A stretch of 64,000 nucleotides of DNA from Adineta vaga (lineage: Eukaryota > Animalia > Rotifera): contig CP075496.1 in NCBI GenBank assembly GCA_021613535.1, positions 8,432,001 to 8,496,000 on the forward strand, in the 5' to 3' direction. Positions 55,785-64,000 of the stretch are shown in pieces; positions within the stretch are counted from its first letter, which is position 1; every line of letters starts with the position of its first letter. A program made the position numbers and the translations under genes. The notes below the pieces were generated by a model. It was not told the DNA's origin and ran no database searches. It saw only the letters and a list, made by a program, of their open reading frames with translations.

Positions 55785-57685
55785 TTAGATTTTCTGTTGA
55801 TCATCAGAAACAATCTCTTGAAGTTGACGCATCACTTTGGATGTAGCTGCTTTTGCTGGTAAATCAACATAAATTTCACGTCGGAATCCATTTCTTTCCT
55901 GACCAATTTTGATTCCTTCTACTTGGTGACGAATTTGTTCTCCCGTGATAGGTAATTCATAGAGTTCGTTAACGAGATCGAATATATCTTCAGGTTTTAT
56001 TACTTCACTGGTATTTGCCGTATTCTTTTGTTCTTCTGCTGTTCTTTTAAATAGGTCCATTTCTTTTCTATAATCATCTTTTATCTTCTGAAGATTATCA
56101 ATCATTTGCGTATTTTCAGCACCAGCACCTTGTTTCATTCGTTCTTCTCGAATGAAATATTCGAGATAATCTATATAATCATCGTTGGTTGATAATAACG
56201 CATTTACATGAAGAAATCGTACCAATTTTTTGTAAACATTCTGAATTTTTCTCTCTTCCTTTCGTAAATCGCTGATACGTTTATCAATATCATCCATAGT
56301 CATCGTTCTCTTTGATCTAGTCGTAACTGATTTAACATTTGTACGATTTGTTTTGTATTCATATGTAATATGTTTATGTTGTAACCAATGACAATCACAA
56401 ACAAGACAAAAGCCTAAAATGAAACAATCGAATTCATACGAAAATAAAAATTAATTATCATTAGTTTACCTTCATTTGGTTCCATTGCAGTACAATCCTG
56501 TAGTTTTTGATCATATAATGTTTCTTGTTTTACACCATTCAGATAACATTCATCATGACATATACTCAAATATTCTAATTTCTTCTCACCATTGATATCA
56601 ACAACTCTACAACATCTATCACCAACACAGACCGTTCGTGGATGTTTAAGATACACAATTTGTGCATCATTCTGAGGTATACCTTCAGATAAACCTCGAG
56701 GATTAGTAAGCACTTTTCGTTTATGATCTTGGGCAAGTTGAATGTTTTCTTCGATTAATTTAGCGGTTTCCGCCATTGGACGTGGAAATTTTCGAATTAA
56801 TTGTTCAGCTTCATTCAATGACACTGTATTACTAACTGCATGAAGTGAACATGCATTAATACTTTTCATAAGTCGTGCATATTCTTTGACTGAATGATCC
56901 CAACTTTTCGAATAACTTTGTGTTTCTTCAACATTGATATGTATCCCATTTTTACATAAAGCTAAATAACGAAATGCTTCATTATCGAATAGAAAAGAAT
57001 TTTCTCTCGAAAATGGAATAATAACGTTTTGTTCAATACGATGCTTATTTAGAAGACCTTCAATTAGTTGTTTTGAGGGACCAGGTGTGAAGAATGTTGC
57101 GCGAGCACTAGTAAAAACAAAATTCAAATTAGCAGCAGCTTCTATATGTAAATGTCGAAGAAGTTCGTTGACTGAAAATCGAAAAAGAATGTTCAGACGA
57201 TGTTCACCAGGTTTAAGCATAATAAAAATTGCATTTAAATGTTCATATTGAGATATGAAATTTAAGATTTCTTGAAAGTTTTTTTCATCTTGTTCAATAC
57301 CTCGAGTATCACCAATACCAGGTGTATCAATAAATCGCAAATTTCGATTACCGATCGGAAAAAGAAAACTTCGACATTGTTGTGTAGCAGATTGACCTTC
57401 AATACTGAATTTTTCATGTTCATCTTCGCGACCAATGACAATCAATCTTTCGTCAAATGTTTCATGCTCAGTATGAGAGAAGGCTGTTGGAATAACAACT
57501 TGCATATCATTATTGACTGCTTCTTCTAAAGTATCATAAGTAATATAATTAGCAAAAGCATTAATAAATGTCGATTTTCCGACTCCAGTAGGACCAAGTA
57601 ATAATATATTGATTTCACGCTCTCGTGGGCAATGTCGATTTGCTCGAAGAGAAGAACTATTTCGTCTCGAATAATTTGTAGCCAT
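55785..57685 (-). CDS. Septin/AIG1-like P-loop GTPase with a Cys/His-rich domain and helical C-terminus
   Basis: G1 LLGPTGVGKSTFIN, G2 SATQ, G3 IDTPG and G4-like FTSAR. Then RTVC..CC, CHDECYL and, after the intron at about 56469-56413, FCLVCDCHWLQHKHITYEY followed by a coiled-coil tail. Confidence 0.85.
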
Positions 57686-58532
57686 TTTATTACTTGTTTG
57701 TTTAAATCAAAAACTTCCACAATAAAGAAAATGAATGATCTAATTTGAATATTCGACATGAATTATAAATATTTGGGCTTCTTTATCGTGTATTTTGGAA
57801 AAAAACTTCAGTAAGAGAAGAAACAGAACAAAATCAATCTTCATATTACCACTCTTTCCTACCTTACTTCTCTACCAATGTTTTCATTATTGGATTATAA
57901 GAAAAGATAACACTACCAAATCGAAACGTCGATGGTTTATCACATGTGTGCTATGTGAAACTGTCTTTCTTACTACCTCCTTGTTAGTTGTGTTTTGCAA
58001 GAATATTAAAGAGGAAGAAAACAAAAGGTAGAATTATTGACATAGCACACGTGCTTGAAAATAAATGCAGACAATTCTTTTTTTTTGTAATAAAAATGGT
58101 GCAATACAGATGTTACGTTTTTTCCCGGTTTTAAAGTACAGGAAGACAAAAATGTAATGGTTTTTTCCAACATAAATTTCCCTGCAAGGAGAAATTATGG
58201 AATTATTAGAATTGTGTTTACCTATTTTAATACGTACGATTGGATTGTATGATAGATACTCATTCGAACACTGTACAAGTTTCCTTTCTCTGCTCAGTAA
58301 ATTGAATGAATAGTCTACTCAGAGAAATTGCATGATAGTGTCGGTAGATGTTTCTCAGGTCACAAAACATGTCTGATTATTTATCGTTGTCTGTACATAA
58401 ATATTATACGAATTAAAATTTCCTTAACACGAGAAGCTTTTAAACAAGACATTTATTATTTACACATGGAGTATGGATGTACCAAAAAGTTTATTTCTTT
58501 TGAGGGAAACTTTCAATGAAACATTTCTAGTA

Positions 58533-61500
58533 TTAAAAACGATTTGAATCATTGCAAATAACTTTTTCAGTATCTATTATTGAACGTTGTTGATATTGTT
58601 TGATAGCATTCCATTGTTCTTTGATCATAGAATTATTTTGAACTAATTCGAGTACACTATAAATATCAGATAATGACTTATTAGTTTCATTAGACTTAGT
58701 GTTGTAGAATTGTTCATATTGAGTTTTTAATTTATCTAATTCTTCAGCTAATTGTTGATTAAGACAAGTTTGATTTTTTCTATGGTAAATAATGTTTTCT
58801 TCTTGAATCATCCGAACGAAACCTGATAAAAATGGATCATCACCCTGTTCAACTTGAGTTTCTTTTAAAAAGTGTGCAAATTTTGTAGCTGCTTGACATA
58901 ATAACATTGCTTGTTGCTTTAAATCATCGATCGTTTCATATGTAATATTAGCACAATAATTATATTCGAGTCGATATGTCACTAAGACATGTTGTTTCGA
59001 TATACACTAAAAACGTACAAATTAAATCTTTCTTTCATATAGATTGTATTTCAAATCTAACCTGAGTTGTCAAAGAATGTAGATGATCTGTCAGTACAAA
59101 CAAAGAGCCAAACTTTGTTAATGGACGTTCATTTAAATAGCAAATCAACATTGATTGTTCAATTGATATAGCTTTTAATTCAATGGCTGAATGGATGGAA
59201 TGTAAAGAAATATTTCGAATAATATTTCGTATGGCTTCCAATATTGGTAGAATTAATAAATTGATTTGTATTTGAGCTTCTTGTATAGATTGCCATTCTT
59301 TATTTTTACGATATGGAAGTAAGTTTTGATCAAGATATTGTTCAAATCGTTTGGATTGTTGAACAGATTGTGTCCAACTTTTTTCGAATTCTTCTCTTTG
59401 AATTCCTTCAAAAGTTAACGAGTTTTGTAGAGAAACTAAATATCGAAATGATTCACTATCAAAACAGAATGTATTGTTTCTATCGAATGGTATATTTTTA
59501 ATTGGAAATGAATTAAAAAAGGATAATAATGCTGGTCGAGTGTCACCTGGTGCAAAAAATGTTGATCGTGCATTCGTAAAACAGAACATGAAATGTTGAC
59601 GAATATTTTCACCAAAAAATCGAAATAATTGAGTAAAACATGAGTATAAAAATGGATTCAATTGTTGAACATTTGGCTTAAATAAAAAACAGATACCATT
59701 TAAATATGGAAAATGATGAAGAAATGAAAAGATCATTTTCATATTGCATTCATCTTGATCAACTCCACGTGTGTCTCCAAAACCAGGTGTATCAATAATT
59801 CGTAACTTTTTCTTATGAGATATGTTAAAGATATAACAACGACATTGTTGAGTTACGGATTGACCAGAATGACTGTGATCTTCATTGGCATCGACATCAC
59901 CGAATTTAATAAGTTTTTCATCAAAGTTATCATTAATAGTCATTAGAAATGAAACAGGAATAATCACAAAAGGGTCGTTTGATTCAGCTTCTGCAAGCGT
60001 TTGATAGCGAAGATAGTTTGCAAAAGCATTGATAAATGTTGATTTTCCGACTCCAGACTCTCCAAGTAAAAGTATTGAGATATATTCTTCTTCGGGTACC
60101 GGTTGTACTTTCTTTTTCGATACTTTAACAGGCTCTGTTGACCGTGATAGATATCGATCAATTGTCTGTTCCTTTGATGAGAGGATAAATATCTTCTTTA
60201 AACACAAATTAGTATATGTGAAATCTGCATAAATTAAAGTTAGTTGTGGATTTTCCTGTCGTTCTTTTACTAATTGAGATTGCTTTTCATTCCATTTTGT
60301 TTTTGATCTTTGTTGGAGCTGATCGGTTGAACAAAAGATTCGTTTATTTATATCACCTTTGAAAAGTATCTCTTTAACCAGCTCATCCGTAGATTTTTCA
60401 TCAATTCCCAATTCAGTCATTTCATAGTATTCGAATCCATCATTTTGCAGTTGTCTAATTTGTTTTCCTTTCATTCTCAATTCATCTATAATTGCACTAA
60501 ATCGACTTGTAGAATAATCAATTGTTTTTTGATTATCTGAGTTTACTATTTCATCAATTGATTTCATAACATCTCTGTTTTCTCGAATTTCTACGAATAA
60601 TTCACCTATTTGACGGATAATGCTATGACAGAATTGTTTTATTTCTTCAAAACCTTTTTGAACACTGACTAGTCGATCGTTAAGTTTGCCTTGTAATAAT
60701 TCAGGTAATTCATGCTTTAGATAGAACTGCAATATTTTTAATTCTGCTGAATGTTGAAGTAGATAATACTCCAAAGGTTCCATTTCAGATTCTTCGAATA
60801 TAGTATACGCTATATCAGTTGAATTTGGTTCTGATTTGCGCGGTTGAAAAGGAGTGAGTGTATATTTCATTCGACGATGTTCTGTCGAATCTCTTGTGTG
60901 AATTACTCTGTATAGTGTATCGTAAAAATTGTTCATTGATGGTAAAGTAGGAATATTTGAATGGATTGTGATGAAAACGAGTTTATCTAACAGATCCAAT
61001 TCACTTTGCTTCAGTTCAATAAAACATTCATGATTTGCAAGATTGTGACGTATTCGTTCTAGTAAAGTATCAATTTCAACAGCTTGAGCGGGTGGTAATT
61101 GTAAAACGAGAACAGCATGAACACCGTATACAATTTTAGTTATAATATGTGTTGTGGAATTCATGATATTGCCTTTTCCATTCGATTCTATATATTTTAA
61201 AAGATTCTTCTTGTACGATTCGGATCGACTTTCATGATAAATGTATAGAAAGCGAGTATATTGATCAATAATTTGTGAATAATTGATAATAAAAGCAATA
61301 CCAGTTGGTTGAGTCAAGTTTAACATAATACTGAGACGCATAGATGCATCAATTCCGACCATTTTCAGTAGGTTTTGACTATCAATCGTACGTCCATGAT
61401 ATAATTTACATACTATGGGACCATTTAAGTCTTTCGATTCTCTTTTATCTTCACAATGTAATTTTCCTAACATTCTATCATGGTACCTACTGTACATGGA

Positions 61501-61623
61501 TCCAATGTCACCTGATTGATCGATAGCAATGCATTCAATATCGCATTGTTTTGTTTTCTTTTGGTTTAAATTCCTATCTTGATTGGAAAAAAATGTCTTT
61601 AGTGAAGTCAATAGTTTAGCCAT
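58533..61623 (-). CDS. Stonustoxin/verrucotoxin-type MACPF/CDC-like domain fused to a septin/AIG1-like GTPase
   Basis: The N-terminus AIDQSGDIGSMYSRYHD..VGIDASMRLSIMLNL..TGIAFIINY..THIITKIVYGVHAVLVL resembles the stonustoxin N-terminal motifs (ALGRP.LGxLYD, ASLKxS, THVVTxIxYG). The C-terminal half has LLGESGVGKSTFINAFANY, SVTQ, IDTPGFGDTRG and FTNAR. Intron at 59061-59007. Confidence 0.78.
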
Positions 61624-62280
61624 AGTTGATCTAGTAAATAGAATTTTAATACTGATGGTTGATAATTTTACTCAACGAAAGAAAATATTGTGAATTTTGA
61701 GTATATGTCTTACTCGGTAAATATCAAAACTTTTATTTTGATCGATGTTCTTGACTTCGTAAAGTAATATAAATCTTAGACGTTTTTTTTCATTCTCTAT
61801 AAACACTTGCGAATGAGAAGCAGTAAGAAAAAGTAATAGAAAAGAAAAAGAATTTTTTTCCAACATAATAAGACACGTGCATTTGATTGTAAAGAAATAA
61901 AATAAATAAAAGATTTCAATTTCTATAAAGTTTTTCATGAAATATATATAAAAAAATACGTTTTGGCTATTTTTGTCATAGGATTTTTTCTTTGTTTCTA
62001 AATATGGATTTATTTCGTTTAACGAGAAATTTCTTGAAAACTGATAATCGGTAGGTCGATTGAATTTGACTTGTCATGGATTATTGATAAATAAGCTAAA
62101 TATGTTAAATACATGTTAAAAGAATATTGTCTGAGGTGATAAGATATCTTTTCGATTTTTTTGTTTGAAATAACAAGCAAACATGTGACTTGTCGACTTC
62201 TCACGATAATATTTTTTGTTTTTTTAATCTATAAAGTAACGATATTTAAAACAATAGTCATTGTCGTTACAATATAAATC

Positions 62281-63056
62281 ATGGATGCATTTTCCGTTCT
62301 TCAACAACCACGATTATCAATTGATCGCGTTATTAATTTAGAATTTCAAGAGCTTGTAGAATGTGGTGTGTGTCATGGTATCATATTAGATCCTGTTGGT
62401 TGTTACAATTGTGATAGAGCAGTATGTTCAGCTTGTATTCATCAATTGAATGCCCATAGAGAAGAATCTATTTGTCCATATGGATGTACAACATATACTG
62501 AACGTTCTTGTCCAAAAGCAATTGCTCATATTCTCTCTAGTTTAAATATAATCTGTCAATATAAATCAAATGGATGTGATGCAATTCTTTCATACAATAA
62601 TATTATAAATCATGAGAAAGACTGTGATTATCAGTTGTGGAGTTGCATTGGATGTCAACAATTGATAACGAAAAAGAATTTTCAAGAACATAACAATCAA
62701 TGTCCATTGATATCATTAATATGTGATGAATGTTCGAGTTCATTTCAAAGAAAAGATACTAATTCACATACATTAATCGATTGTTTACATATTCAACTAC
62801 AAAACAAATATCTGAAATAGACAAATTGAAAACAAAAGAATCTGAACAAGAAAGAAAAATTGATTTAATGGAACAAAGATTGCAAAGATATGAAACGTTT
62901 TGGTTAGGATTTGTCAAGACAACAAAACAAATTAGGTATATTATGAATACATTGGAAGATAATCTCAATATCACTTCATTTCTAGAGGTATGCTGGATAA
63001 CTCCAACTAAATCAATCAAATACACTAATAAAATGCCAAAACAAGATCATATTTAA
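62281..63056 (+). CDS. TRAF-like RING and TRAF-type zinc finger protein with a coiled coil, no MATH domain seen
   Basis: RING CGVC..DPVGCYNC..CSAC..CPYGC; fingers CQYKSNGC..HEKDC, CIGC..HNNQC and CDEC..H..DC. The coiled coil KQISEIDKLKTKESEQERKIDLMEQRLQ lies in a shifted frame after the A-run at 62801-62804. Confidence 0.8.
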
Positions 63057-63159
63057 TATTTATTAATAATATTCCAAATCAAAAGTTCAACTAAATATTG
63101 AAAATATATGCACATATCAATCGTAAATATATAATTCAAGTTAACGATATACAGAAAAT

Positions 63160-63537
63160 TTACTTTTTCAGAAAAATAGCTTTACATAAAGAGAAGCCTG
63201 ATGTTTTCATTCTATGAAAATAATCATTTGTCATCATTCGTTGCAAGTACTTTTTCGTTTTCCGATGTTTTAAATGTATATCATTGCTGTTGTGTCGAGA
63301 TTTTCTAATAGATTGAATTCGATTTGATTCCGAAGATTTAGCAAACGATTTTACTTTTGTACATTCCTTATATGATTGTCTTTGAACATTGTTTCCAAGT
63401 AATTTTGACCAAAAATCAAGAAAATATGTTCGAATTCTATTCACAATTATCTTTGTTAATGATTTCAAAGTATATGGATTAGTTCTAAATCGTGTCATGA
63501 CAAATTGTTTGAAACGAAAACTTTTTAAATTATTCAA
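63160..63537 (-). CDS. Hypothetical basic protein or exon
   Basis: 125-codon open frame only. No domain recognised. Confidence 0.2.
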   Translation of the reverse strand: MNNLKSFRFKQFVMTRFRTNPYTLKSLTKIIVNRIRTYFLDFWSKLLGNNVQRQSYKECTKVKSFAKSSESNRIQSIRKSRHNSNDIHLKHRKTKKYLQRMMTNDYFHRMKTSGFSLCKAIFLKK

Positions 63538-64000
63538 TCGATCTTTCTGTAGCTTTTATAGGCTTAATTATATATACAAAAAAAAGCCATGACGAATTAT
63601 ACGTCATCATCTTCCACTTGGATATTATATATCCGGTATACATAAATAATCTCTGACGTAAATGTCTGTTACATGAGTGGCAAATATATGCCCTTATATC
63701 ATATATTGACTATGTATATATGTCATCTCGAGATTAATCAGTAAGTTTTTAGAAAGAACAATAGTAGAAGTCTTGATGAGCTTCGAAAGAACTACAATTT
63801 GTATGTACTTTTCTAGATCAAACAATCATTGAGTTCATCAGATGGATGTTAAAACCATTTCAGATATCGTAGAATGAATTACTGAGAATCATATCTAAAC
63901 GATTACTGTCATAAACGCAAGGATGCTGTCATTTATTTAAAACACACATTTGCTCGATTATCAAACTGGTAATATCATTTCTCGTTATTGATGACAATGA

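Overview
AT-rich eukaryotic genomic DNA with compact genes and very short GT-AG introns (about 50-65 nt). The gene content (intronless orphan rhodopsin-like GPCRs, NRF-6 paralogs, a PPR-DYW relic, a divergent Argonaute, a plant/fungal-type phosphatase) points to a bdelloid rotifer; this is an inference, not a search result. The left and centre hold mostly ordinary metazoan genes: RanBP3-like, a two-domain alpha-crystallin protein, a GPCR with a pseudogene copy, bZIP-like, DET1-type histidine phosphatase, a PX protein, tRNA-Thr(CGT), PIEZO, VPS28, BRK1, MOSMO, SAXO-like, two NRF-6 acyltransferases, Rab11-like and PTGR1. The most interesting part is 52.6-63.1 kb, a putative defence cluster. It contains a divergent Argonaute (DEDD tetrad, altered MID pocket), two paralogous septin/AIG1-like GTPases (one fused to a stonustoxin-type MACPF/CDC-like domain) and a TRAF-like RING protein without a MATH domain. 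Also notable are a candidate miR-10/100/993-like hairpin at 38.5 kb, a decayed PPR-E/E+-DYW gene at 40 kb, and a small secreted N/Q/G/Y-rich protein with a likely GPI signal, 38 bp upstream of PIEZO. All family calls come from motif recognition by eye, and exon boundaries are manual.
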